DNA of 64,000 nt, from assembly GCA_016777965.1 (NCBI GenBank), contig JADHQL010000002.1, forward strand, positions 50,642 through 114,641, given 5' to 3'. How positions within the stretch are numbered: position 1 is the stretch's first letter; every line of letters starts with the position of its first letter. The notes beneath the pieces were generated by a model. That model was not told the DNA's origin. It made no database searches and worked only from the letters and a program-made list of their open reading frames with translations. This DNA is from Fidelibacterota bacterium. Its GTDB lineage: Bacteria; Fidelibacterota; Marinisomatia; Marinisomatales; Marinisomataceae. This document shows, one piece after another, positions 25,643 through 34,608 of the stretch. Made by a program: the position numbers and the translations under genes.

Positions 25643-26853
25643 TGACTTTTTTACCTGTTGACGAACAATTAGAGATAATTTCTCGCGGGTCAGAGGAGGT
25701 AATCCCTCTTAATGACTTACGAAAAAAGCTTGAAAAATCTATATCTGATAATAAACCCCTAACAGTTAAGCTTGGTTGCGATCCGAGCAGACCTGACCTC
25801 CATATTGGTCATGGTGTAGTGCTACAAAAATTAAGAGACTTTCAAGATTTAGGCCATCAAGCAGTGTTAGTAATTGGAGATTTTACTGCTATGATTGGCG
25901 ACCCATCTGAGCGTAATAAGACACGTCCTCAGCTTACTTTAGAAGAAGCAAAAGTTAATGCAGAATCATATATTGAACAATCTAAAGTATTACTTGATGT
26001 AAATAATCTTAAAGTTATATTTAATAGCACTTGGCTTAATAAAATGAACTTTGAAGACGTTATTAAATTAAGCAGCAAATATACAGTTGCTCGCATGATT
26101 GAAAGAGATGATTTTAGCAAAAGATTCGAGTCAGAAACTCCTATATCTATGCATGAATTTTTATATCCTTTAGCACAAGCAATGGATTCTGTTGAAATTA
26201 ATGCTGATGTAGAGCTTGGAGGAACTGATCAAAAATTCAATTTACTTGTTGGAAGGGATATTCAGAGAGAGTACGGTCAAGACCCTCAGTCAATAATTAC
26301 GCTTCCATTGTTAGAAGGGACCGACGGAGTAGAAAAAATGTCTAAATCTTATGATAATTATATAGCTTTGGATGATTCTCCAGAGGATATGTATGGAAAA
26401 ATTATGTCAATCAATGACTCAATGATTCTAAAATATTATAAACTTGCTGTCTTTGCTGACAGAGAAAAAATTGAAGAAGTAAAATTACTTCTTAATGATA
26501 ATGCTAATAATCCTAGAGATATAAAAAGAAGTTTAGCAAAAGAATTAGTTAAAAAATATTATTCTGAGGAAAAAGCTCATTTAGCTCAAATTTCTTTTGA
26601 TCAAATATTTGTTAAAAGAGATAATCCTGAAAATATGCAAAGTCGTAAAATAGATTCTGATGTTGGATTGCTTGAACTTTTAACAGAAGAGGGTTTATTA
26701 GCTAGCAAGGGGGATGGCAAAAGGTTATTAAGTCAAAATGCTATAAAAATTAATGGTGAAGTTTGCAATGATGTCAACTTCATTGTTTCTCCATCGAATG
26801 AAGAGCTTGTCATTAAGGTTGGCAAGAGAAGATTCCTTAAGGTTACCTCTTAG
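25642..26853 (+). CDS. tyrS: tyrosine--tRNA ligase
   Basis: HIGH motif (DLHIGHGV), KMSKS motif, and a C-terminal S4-like domain. TAATG overlap with smpB. Confidence 0.95.
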   Translation: MTFLPVDEQLEIISRGSEEVIPLNDLRKKLEKSISDNKPLTVKLGCDPSRPDLHIGHGVVLQKLRDFQDLGHQAVLVIGDFTAMIGDPSERNKTRPQLTLEEAKVNAESYIEQSKVLLDVNNLKVIFNSTWLNKMNFEDVIKLSSKYTVARMIERDDFSKRFESETPISMHEFLYPLAQAMDSVEINADVELGGTDQKFNLLVGRDIQREYGQDPQSIITLPLLEGTDGVEKMSKSYDNYIALDDSPEDMYGKIMSINDSMILKYYKLAVFADREKIEEVKLLLNDNANNPRDIKRSLAKELVKKYYSEEKAHLAQISFDQIFVKRDNPENMQSRKIDSDVGLLELLTEEGLLASKGDGKRLLSQNAIKINGEVCNDVNFIVSPSNEELVIKVGKRRFLKVTS

Positions 26854-26929
26854 ATATTATTTTTTTGTTACTCAATTAAAATAAATCATATAAATTCAAA
26901 GGTTTATATTTAAATGATTTGGAAAATTT

Positions 26930-27259
26930 ATGTCTGATAAAACTGTAAAAATTACTGATGAAAACTTTGAAGAGCTTGTTATTAATTCTGATAAGCTTGT
27001 AATTGTTGATTTTTGGGCTGAGTGGTGCGGTCCTTGTAAAGCTATAGCACCAATTTTAGATAAAATTAGCGACCAATTTGGCGATAAAGTAGTTGTAGGT
27101 AAGGTAAACGTCGATGAAGTTAAGCAAACGCCCGTAAAATACGGTATAAGAAGCATTCCAACCCTTTTATTTTTTAGCAATGGCGAGATTGTTAAACAAG
27201 AGGTTGGTTTACAGTCTGAACAGACGTTAATTGATAATGTTAACCAAATCATTAGTTAA
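26930..27259 (+). CDS. trxA: thioredoxin
   Basis: 109 aa. VDFWAEWCGPCK active site, then GIRSIPTLL.F..G. Confidence 0.95.
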   Translation: MSDKTVKITDENFEELVINSDKLVIVDFWAEWCGPCKAIAPILDKISDQFGDKVVVGKVNVDEVKQTPVKYGIRSIPTLLFFSNGEIVKQEVGLQSEQTLIDNVNQIIS

Positions 27260-27272
27260 CAATATTAATTAA

Positions 27273-28211
27273 ATGACAGATAAAACTATTCATAATACAA
27301 TCATTATTGGTTCGGGTCCTGCCGGACTGACTGCAGCTATCTACGCTGGAAGAGCAAATTTGAAGCCTATTGTCTTTGAAGGAAATCAGCCTGGTGGACA
27401 ATTGACAATTACTACAGATGTTGAAAATTTTCCTGGATTTCCTAATGGTGTTATGGGTCCTGAGATGATGGACTTATTCAGAGATCAAGCAAAGAAATTT
27501 GGAGCTGAATGTTTTTTTAAGCATGTTACAAAAGTGGATTTTAGTTCAAAGCCCTATAAAGTTTATGTTGGAGATGAAGAATTTCTATCACAAACTGTTA
27601 TTATTTCTACTGGAGCTTCTGCTAGAATGCTAGGATTAAAAGAGGAAGAAGAGCTTATGGGTTATGGAATTAGCACTTGCGCAACTTGTGATGGATATTT
27701 CTATAAAGATAAAAACATCGTTGTCGTTGGAGGTGGTGATTCAGCAATGGAAGAAGCATCGTTTCTCACTAAATTTGCAAAAAAAGTAACTATCATTCAC
27801 AGAAGAGAAGTATTTAAAGCTTCAAAAATTATGTTTGATAGAGCTAAAAATAATCCCCTCATTGACATAATGGTTAATAAAAGCATTGATTCTATTATCG
27901 GTTCACAAAAAGAAGGAGTCTCAAGCATTGAGCTTAAAGATACTGTTTCAGGTGAAAAAACTACTTTTGAGTGTGAAGGTGTTTTTTATGGAATTGGTCA
28001 CAACCCTAACACAGATCTTTTTGATGGAGTAATTGATTTGGATAATAATGGATACATTATTACTAAACCTGATTCCTCATTGACAAATATTCCAGGAGTT
28101 TTTGCATGTGGAGATGTTCAAGATGATCATTATCGACAAGCTATTACTGCTGCTGGGTCTGGTTGTATGGCCGCTATTGATGCTGAAAAATATTTAGAAG
28201 ATATCGAATAG
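27273..28211 (+). CDS. trxB: thioredoxin-disulfide reductase
   Basis: FAD motif IIGSGPAG, redox CATCDG, NADPH motif VVGGGDSAMEEA, and GVFACGD. Confidence 0.95.
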   Translation: MTDKTIHNTIIIGSGPAGLTAAIYAGRANLKPIVFEGNQPGGQLTITTDVENFPGFPNGVMGPEMMDLFRDQAKKFGAECFFKHVTKVDFSSKPYKVYVGDEEFLSQTVIISTGASARMLGLKEEEELMGYGISTCATCDGYFYKDKNIVVVGGGDSAMEEASFLTKFAKKVTIIHRREVFKASKIMFDRAKNNPLIDIMVNKSIDSIIGSQKEGVSSIELKDTVSGEKTTFECEGVFYGIGHNPNTDLFDGVIDLDNNGYIITKPDSSLTNIPGVFACGDVQDDHYRQAITAAGSGCMAAIDAEKYLEDIE

Positions 28212-28237
28212 TTTTGCTGTCCTTTTTGGAGGATACA

Positions 28238-28924
28238 ATGGAACTAAAACAAATATATGATGTTCAAAACCTTAAGCTGAGGTTTAAAACTAAAAAAGCT
28301 TTAGATATTAAAACTTTAAAGTTTCACAACGGATTAATCTACGGCATTTGTGGAAATTTTGGCTCAGGCAAGACTTCTTTATTAAAAGTCTTAGCTGGAG
28401 AAACTAAAGAAACAGGCGGTACCGTTCTTTATCAAGGAAATGAATTTAAAAAAGGTTTTTTTGGGAAAATAAAGAAACACCAAGATATTCAATATCTTGA
28501 TGTTAAATCAGTTAATTCTTCTTTAACTGTTGAACAATTCATAAAGAAAAAATTTCCTAATAAAACTCAGCAAATAAAATCTAGTCATTTTACTAGTTTT
28601 CAAATGGAAGAAGTTTGGAAAACCCCTATTAACCTAATTTCAGACGGGGAAAAGCACTGGCTAAAAACTATTATTGGAGTAGAAAAAGATCCAAGAGTAT
28701 TGTTAATTGATGACTATGGACTATCAATTGATTCACGAACAGAGATAATGCTTAGAAAAAAAATTGTCAAAATGAATAATATCCTTGGAACAACAGTTTT
28801 ATTGTCTTCAAGCAATGATTATTTTTTGAAGCAATTTGCTAGTGTAATAATTTATTTAGATAATGGACATGTTTCAAAAGTTAGAAAAGGTTTTAAAAAG
28901 AATTCATCATTCAAAAATAAATAA
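28238..28924 (+). CDS. orphan ABC-type ATPase with degenerate catalytic motifs
   Basis: Walker A GNFGSGKTS is intact. The signature is ISDGEKH instead of LSGGQ. Walker B is VLLIDDYG, with no catalytic Glu. The H-loop region is LLSSSND, with no His. No adjacent permease. The track start is TTG 28214. Confidence 0.65.
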   Translation: MELKQIYDVQNLKLRFKTKKALDIKTLKFHNGLIYGICGNFGSGKTSLLKVLAGETKETGGTVLYQGNEFKKGFFGKIKKHQDIQYLDVKSVNSSLTVEQFIKKKFPNKTQQIKSSHFTSFQMEEVWKTPINLISDGEKHWLKTIIGVEKDPRVLLIDDYGLSIDSRTEIMLRKKIVKMNNILGTTVLLSSSNDYFLKQFASVIIYLDNGHVSKVRKGFKKNSSFKNK

Positions 28925-30515
28925 GCTTTTTTTTATTCAATTTATTTTTTTCTTTGATGTTCTTTTTGCTCAAATTGATCAACGATTCGATTTGTATGAC
29001 TGGGAGATTATAAGACAAAATGAATCTATAAATTCTATTTCAGAAGGATATCAATATATTTTCTTTGCCACTGATGCAAATGGTATTTTAAGATTTAATA
29101 AATTTTCCAGAAAATTTGAGTCAAACCTTTTTTTAGGCCAGGGAATTAAATCAAATAAAATTGAACATGTTTATGTTGATAGAAATACAGGTATACTTTG
29201 GATTATTGGAAATAGAGGATTAGAATTTTCTAATACTAGAGAGGGTAACTGGAATAGGATTCAACTTGATAATTTATCAATCAACTCTTTAAAAAGTATC
29301 GAAGATTTAGGATCTTCAAAAAATTTCTTATGGATAAAGACATCTTCAACGTTTATCAAGCTAGATCATGTTAGTGGATCTTTTCTTGGAGTTTTTGCCT
29401 ACCCAGATGAAAAAGATATTGATTGGAGTGACATCGGTTTTAAAAATAAATTCATTTATAAAGATTTTTCATTTGAGGAATACTTTATCGAACAGGGCTG
29501 GCTTTTAGGCGATGATTCTGCGGCTGATAATAATGGTATTTTTCATGATTATAATTCATTTTTGATGAGTGAAAATGGATTTGGTTGGATTGGATTATCA
29601 AATGGACAATTACTCTATATTGATGAATTTAGTAAAACTATAACTCCTAAAACAGTTGGTATTGCTGTTTCAGTACCCTTAACAGTTTCAATCAAGAATG
29701 ATATATGGCTAGGAGGCATCAATAATTCCAAGGTCAGCGGGATATCTTCAATTGATAATAGTTTTAGTGAAATAAATAATTTTTTTGAAACAAATTATTC
29801 TGGATTTTTCAATGGTGATTTTTATTCTAGCGAGATAATTAACAATGAAGTATGGTTTGGTTCTGATGGAAAAGTGATTGTTTATAATAAAGAAAGTGAT
29901 TTTTTTAGAACTTTAGGCTATGAAAAGGGCATACCTTCACAAAGAATTGAATTTATCGAACATTTAGATGATAAAATTTATATAGCTTCTAGAAATGATT
30001 TGATTGTACTTGATATAAAAAGCAAGAAAATTATTAATTCCCAAATTTCAAATTTTGTAAAAAGGAATAATTTATCAATTAATTATTTAGATGCTATCAA
30101 TGATAAACTTTATTTATCCCTCAATGGTAGAGTTTACGTTTTTGATAAAGAAGAGAATATAAATGTTGAAAAGTTTGAATTCTTAGTTAACGATAATTTT
30201 AGGGTGAATGGAATTTACGGAAACGAGAACTCCTTATTTTTTTCTTCTGAAAAAGGAATTTTAAGTAATGGAGATAATAAATTTGTTCCATCAGGCTTAT
30301 ACTTCAACAATAGGGTAAATGATATTATACTAATAAATGATAATTTATACATAGGAACTTCTGGCGGCTTAGCGATCTATGATTTAGTTGAAGAACAGTT
30401 AAACAATTTCTATGATTTTTCTTTTATTAGAAATATTTTTGAATTGGAACAAGTTGATGAATTTTTGGTATTACTTACAAGTACCGGTTTAATTAAATTA
30501 AGACTATCCTTATGA
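28863..30515 (+). CDS. secreted beta-propeller protein (two-component-regulator-propeller-like repeats), unknown function
   Basis: Signal peptide FFFDVLFAQ. Nine or more degenerate repeats of the type (D/N)x(I/L)(W/Y)(I/L/F)Gtx.GLxxhD, e.g. TGILWIIGNRGLEF, NEVWFGSDGKVIVYN, DNLYIGTSGGLAIYD. The start overlaps the upstream gene by 62 nt, so the start is uncertain. Confidence 0.55.
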   Translation: MDMFQKLEKVLKRIHHSKINKLFFIQFIFFFDVLFAQIDQRFDLYDWEIIRQNESINSISEGYQYIFFATDANGILRFNKFSRKFESNLFLGQGIKSNKIEHVYVDRNTGILWIIGNRGLEFSNTREGNWNRIQLDNLSINSLKSIEDLGSSKNFLWIKTSSTFIKLDHVSGSFLGVFAYPDEKDIDWSDIGFKNKFIYKDFSFEEYFIEQGWLLGDDSAADNNGIFHDYNSFLMSENGFGWIGLSNGQLLYIDEFSKTITPKTVGIAVSVPLTVSIKNDIWLGGINNSKVSGISSIDNSFSEINNFFETNYSGFFNGDFYSSEIINNEVWFGSDGKVIVYNKESDFFRTLGYEKGIPSQRIEFIEHLDDKIYIASRNDLIVLDIKSKKIINSQISNFVKRNNLSINYLDAINDKLYLSLNGRVYVFDKEENINVEKFEFLVNDNFRVNGIYGNENSLFFSSEKGILSNGDNKFVPSGLYFNNRVNDIILINDNLYIGTSGGLAIYDLVEEQLNNFYDFSFIRNIFELEQVDEFLVLLTSTGLIKLRLSL

Positions 30516-31732
30516 AAAAAAATATCTTAATAATTCTTTTTACAACTCTAATTGGAGCTCAAGGAATCAATTCAAATATCAACTCCTTCAAAACAAATGT
30601 AGTTCTGAGACCTTTAGAGAATAATATCGAAGTAATTGCTTTTGTTGAAATTTTTAATAGAAATCTCCAGTTTTTGAAGGAAGACTCCAACTTCGTGTCT
30701 TCTTATGATCTCAATATTTCACTTATATCTGAAGATGGTAGTAAGATTGATGAAAAATCTTTTTCAGAAACTATTGTAGCTGAAAACTTTTCTCAAACTG
30801 TTTCAAGAGCTAATCCCATAGTAATTACCAGTTCTTTTAAAATTCCATTGCAAGAGTTTAACATAAATTTTTCATTAAAAGATATGGACACAAAGCTTAC
30901 AGGAAAGAAACAAAAAAAATTCACAAAAAAGAATTTACCATCAGGAAAATATTCCAAAATTTTTGACCCAATATTTGTAAAGAATAAAAAAGGAAGTTGG
31001 GAATTTGGCCTTGATAAGTATCCGATTAGTATAAAAAAAGTCGAGGTTGAGGATAATATATTAGAATTTTATCAATATTTTGCTATAGATAAAGGAGATT
31101 ATTTTTTAGATATATCGTTAACTTCAGATAAAAAAACAGTCTGGAATAAATCTTTTGAAGGAGAATCAAACAAGAATTATGACTACAAATTCCTTCAGAT
31201 TCCCATAGAAAACATTGATACATCAGATTTGAGGGTAAAAATTCAAGTTTCTCAAAATGGAAATGTTTCATCTAAGTCTTTTCCTATTGAGTTTAGGAAT
31301 GATTATTTAATGCTTTCTTCAATTAAAAATGTAAACGCAGCATTAGAACAAATGAACTATATTTTAAATACAGAAGAAAGAAAAGAACTAAGAGAATTAA
31401 AGAGCTCAGATAAAGAAAAGTTTTTTAAAAAAGTATGGGCAAAGAGAGATCCAGATGTTACTACTAAAGAAAATGAATTAATGATAGAGTATTACAAGAG
31501 AGTTGCTTTTGCGGAAGAAAATTTTTCCAGAGGCACTTCTGGAGGTTGGCGATCTGATATGGGTATGATTTATATTCTTTTCGGAAGACCTGATGATATT
31601 TCAAGATCTATGAACCCTCAACAAAGCTATAATTATGAAACATGGTATTATTTTCAAATTAATGAAGAATTTAGATTTGTAGATGATTTTGGTTTTGGAG
31701 ATTACAGGCTAAGAACGCCATTTATGTACTAA
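30512..31732 (+). CDS. GWxTD domain-containing protein
   Basis: Signal peptide. The C-terminal block FW.KRDPD..T..NE...EYY.RV.FA...F......GW.SD.G..YI.FG.PD......... matches the GWxTD domain signature (here GWRSD). Confidence 0.75.
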   Translation: MKKNILIILFTTLIGAQGINSNINSFKTNVVLRPLENNIEVIAFVEIFNRNLQFLKEDSNFVSSYDLNISLISEDGSKIDEKSFSETIVAENFSQTVSRANPIVITSSFKIPLQEFNINFSLKDMDTKLTGKKQKKFTKKNLPSGKYSKIFDPIFVKNKKGSWEFGLDKYPISIKKVEVEDNILEFYQYFAIDKGDYFLDISLTSDKKTVWNKSFEGESNKNYDYKFLQIPIENIDTSDLRVKIQVSQNGNVSSKSFPIEFRNDYLMLSSIKNVNAALEQMNYILNTEERKELRELKSSDKEKFFKKVWAKRDPDVTTKENELMIEYYKRVAFAEENFSRGTSGGWRSDMGMIYILFGRPDDISRSMNPQQSYNYETWYYFQINEEFRFVDDFGFGDYRLRTPFMY

Positions 31733-31736
31733 TGCT

Positions 31737-32255
31737 ATGGACAGTAAAAATAAAAAAATCTCAAAAATATTAGATAAATATAAATCATCTTTTTCAAGTA
31801 CCGATCTATCGAGTTTGGAATCCTTGCTATCAAATGATTCAGTAGTTAATGAAAATTATTTATTATATACAGACGGTGCCTGTGAATTTGATAATGACTA
31901 TAAACCTATTAATGCTGGTATTGGAGGCTTAATAAAGCTTAACAATAAAACGTTATTTTCTTTCTCTGAAAATGTTGGTGTTAAAACAAATAATGAGGCT
32001 GAATATTTAGCTTTGATTAAAGGTTTAGATCTATGTGTCAAAAACAATATTTCAAATGTATTAATTTTTGCCGATAGCGAGTTAGTTGTAAAGCAAATTA
32101 ATGGAGATTATAAGGTCAAGAATGAAAGAATGGCTGCTTTGCATAAAAAAACCCATGATTTACTTAAAATGTTATCTTCTTGGGAAATCAATCATGTCCT
32201 TAGAGATAAAAATACTGAAGCAGATGATTTAAGCAAGCAAGGTTTGAGTAAATAA
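31737..32255 (+). CDS. rnhA: ribonuclease HI-like protein (RNase H fold, about 40-aa N-terminal extension)
   Basis: The DEDD-type residues sit in contexts LYTDGAC, TNNEAEYLALIKGL, FADSELVVKQ and NTEADDLS. Confidence 0.75.
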   Translation: MDSKNKKISKILDKYKSSFSSTDLSSLESLLSNDSVVNENYLLYTDGACEFDNDYKPINAGIGGLIKLNNKTLFSFSENVGVKTNNEAEYLALIKGLDLCVKNNISNVLIFADSELVVKQINGDYKVKNERMAALHKKTHDLLKMLSSWEINHVLRDKNTEADDLSKQGLSK

Positions 32256-32297
32256 AAAACTAATGTTTAATATTAAATATTTCATAAATTATGTTCT

Positions 32298-33338
32298 ATG
32301 AGTTTCTTTGAATCAATAAAAAATTCAATTTCAGATAGCTTTAATTGGGTAAGTGGTGATATTGCAATAGACCTTGGAACAGCTAATACATTGATTTGGT
32401 TATCTGGCAAAGGTATTATTATTAATGAACCATCTATTATTGCCCGTTCTACAAAAACTGGAGCCGTTCTAGCAGTGGGAGATGATGCAAAAGAAATGCT
32501 TGGTAAAACTCATGAAGGTATTGAAACGATAAGACCGCTAAGAGATGGTGTTATTGCTGACTTTACTGCAGTGGATGAAATGCTTCAGGGTTTTATTAGA
32601 AAAGTAAATTTAAATAGACTCACAAGACCTAGAATGGTCATATGTGTTCCTTCTGGAGTAACAGAAGTTGAAAGAAGAGCTGTTAGGGATTCCGGAGAAA
32701 AACAAGCAGCTAGAGAAGTATTTTTGGTTGACGAGCCTGTAGCTGCTGCTATTGGTATAGGTCTTGACATCAGTAAACCAGTTGGAAACATCATTGTTGA
32801 TATTGGCGGAGGAACTACTGAAGTCGCTGTTATTTCTCTTAATGGTGTTGTTACTAAAAAAGCAATAAGAGTAGCTGGAGATGAAATGGATGATGCTATT
32901 CAACATTGGTTTAGAAATGAACACAAATTAGAAATTGGCGCTCGAACAGCAGAGCAAATAAAGATTTCAGTAGGCTCAGCAATGAGAACCCCATCAAGAA
33001 ATATTCTTGTTAAAGGAAGAGATTTAGTATCAGGTATACCAAAAACTATCGATATTAGAACGGATGAGATAAGACAGGCATTAAAAGATCCTGTTAAAAG
33101 AATTTTGGATGTAATAAAAGATGCTCTCGAGGCTACACCAGCTGAACTTTCTTCTGATATTATCGACAGAGGTATTGTTCTTGCAGGTGGCGGTTCTCAG
33201 CTCAGAGGTTTAGATCAAGTTCTTAGAGAGAAAACTGGTGTTCCTGTAAATGTTGCTGATGAGCCTCATCTAGCAATTGTTAAAGGTTGTGGTGCAGTCA
33301 TCGAAGATTTGGAAAAATATAAGCATGTTCTTCTCTAA
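32298..33338 (+). CDS. mreB: rod shape-determining protein MreB
   Basis: DIAIDLGTANTLI, NEPS, VDIGGGTTEVAVISL and GIVLAGGGSQLRGL motifs. Confidence 0.97.
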   Translation: MSFFESIKNSISDSFNWVSGDIAIDLGTANTLIWLSGKGIIINEPSIIARSTKTGAVLAVGDDAKEMLGKTHEGIETIRPLRDGVIADFTAVDEMLQGFIRKVNLNRLTRPRMVICVPSGVTEVERRAVRDSGEKQAAREVFLVDEPVAAAIGIGLDISKPVGNIIVDIGGGTTEVAVISLNGVVTKKAIRVAGDEMDDAIQHWFRNEHKLEIGARTAEQIKISVGSAMRTPSRNILVKGRDLVSGIPKTIDIRTDEIRQALKDPVKRILDVIKDALEATPAELSSDIIDRGIVLAGGGSQLRGLDQVLREKTGVPVNVADEPHLAIVKGCGAVIEDLEKYKHVLL

Positions 33339-33340
33339 GC

Positions 33341-34135
33341 ATGTCTAGAATCCAATTAATTTTTCAAAACTATCAGGAAAAAATAACACTAGCTTTTTGC
33401 TTAATTGTTTCATTATTGCTCATTTTTAATAATGATTCAGATTTGATTAAGAATGCTAAAATAAATTCTTTAAATAGTTTTTCATTTCTATATCAACCAT
33501 TTAATTGGCTAGATAATCAACTTTTTTTAAATAAGAAATTGGAAGTTTTGTCCTCTGAAAATTTACGTTTAAGTCTTGAAAATCAAGTACTTAAAGTACA
33601 TGAAACTGAAAATATTCGATATAGAGAGTTTTTGAATTTTAAGAGAAGAGAAAACCTTGATTTTGTTGGTGCAGATGTCATTTCTAAGGGCGTTAATGCT
33701 AACATGTCATCAATTATAATTAATAGAGGATCTAATGACGGAGTATCAAAAAATCTCCCAGTTCTATCTTCCAATGGAGTAATTGGTAAAATTACTGCAG
33801 TATCTAGCTCTACATCTGAAGTTCAACTTATTAGCGATGTCAATTTTAGATTAAGCGTTAAAATTGCTCCTGATGAAGTAGAGGGTATCATGAGGTGGGT
33901 TAGTGAAGATATTTGTGAAATAGCTGAACTTAAGAAAATATCTGATATTGAAATTGGTGACATTGTTTTAACCTCTAATCTAAGTATTTATTTTCCTCCT
34001 AATCTTCCGGTAGGTGAGGTTGTGAGTATTTTTGAAAAGTCCGATAGCTCAAACAGAATTGTTACAATGAAATTATTCTCTGATTTATCTACAATAAATC
34101 AACTATTTGTATTGTTGAATGAGGATGTGAAATGA
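33341..34135 (+). CDS. mreC: rod shape-determining protein MreC
   Basis: Position after mreB, an N-terminal TM, a coiled-coil (LSSENLRLSLENQVLK), and beta-rich G..GV..N.PV....G.IGKI and VLTS..S..FP..LPVGEV motifs. Confidence 0.85.
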   Translation: MSRIQLIFQNYQEKITLAFCLIVSLLLIFNNDSDLIKNAKINSLNSFSFLYQPFNWLDNQLFLNKKLEVLSSENLRLSLENQVLKVHETENIRYREFLNFKRRENLDFVGADVISKGVNANMSSIIINRGSNDGVSKNLPVLSSNGVIGKITAVSSSTSEVQLISDVNFRLSVKIAPDEVEGIMRWVSEDICEIAELKKISDIEIGDIVLTSNLSIYFPPNLPVGEVVSIFEKSDSSNRIVTMKLFSDLSTINQLFVLLNEDVK

Positions 34136-34608
34136 GGTTTTATTTAAAGTACTTTCCAATAGCTGTTCTATTGCAATTAATTTTTTCAGAACTTCTTACA
34201 ATAAATGGCTACCAAGCAAACATCATGCTGATATATGTAATTCTATGTTCAATGCCTCTCGGCAATACTTCACAATCTACTTTATATGGTTTTTTAGTAG
34301 GCTTATTTACTGATTTTGTTCTTTTCAGTGGAATTTATGTTGGAGCATCAAGCTTGGTTTTTTCAATTTGTGGATTTTGGGCTTCAAAAATAAGTTTTAA
34401 TTTTGTATTTAGAAATTTTGATATTTATTGGATTGCTTTTGTGCATCTTGGTGTTTTCATTTATTCATTATTTAGATATGATTATTTCTTTTTTAATGAT
34501 TTTTTCCTTTTCTTGAGCAATTGGTTTTTTGTCACATATTTTACATGTTTCGTTGGATTTATTGTAATTAAACTCTTTTCTTTGAAGGACAAAATTATTA
34601 ATGCTTAA
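34132..34608 (+). CDS. mreD: rod shape-determining protein MreD
   Basis: 158-aa polytopic membrane protein following mreC with a 4-nt overlap. Confidence 0.7.
   Translation: MRFYLKYFPIAVLLQLIFSELLTINGYQANIMLIYVILCSMPLGNTSQSTLYGFLVGLFTDFVLFSGIYVGASSLVFSICGFWASKISFNFVFRNFDIYWIAFVHLGVFIYSLFRYDYFFFNDFFLFLSNWFFVTYFTCFVGFIVIKLFSLKDKIINA

Noticed and set aside
26896-27252. 118-aa minus-strand ORF covering almost all of trxA in antisense
   Set aside because: trxA on the plus strand is unambiguous (WCGPC, 109 aa). The antisense product has no recognisable features. It was considered as an overlapping gene, but nothing supports that.
31737-32255. RNase H-like gene considered as part of a retron, DGR or other reverse-transcriptase-based system
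   Set aside because: There is no reverse transcriptase ORF, template/variable repeat pair or structured ncRNA anywhere nearby. The protein has a complete DEDD RNase HI core, and a housekeeping role is the simplest reading.
32256-32297. AT-only palindrome TTTAATATTAAA between rnhA-like and mreB, considered as an operator site
   Set aside because: It is short and consists purely of A/T in roughly 70% AT DNA, so it is expected by chance. There is no second copy or associated regulator.
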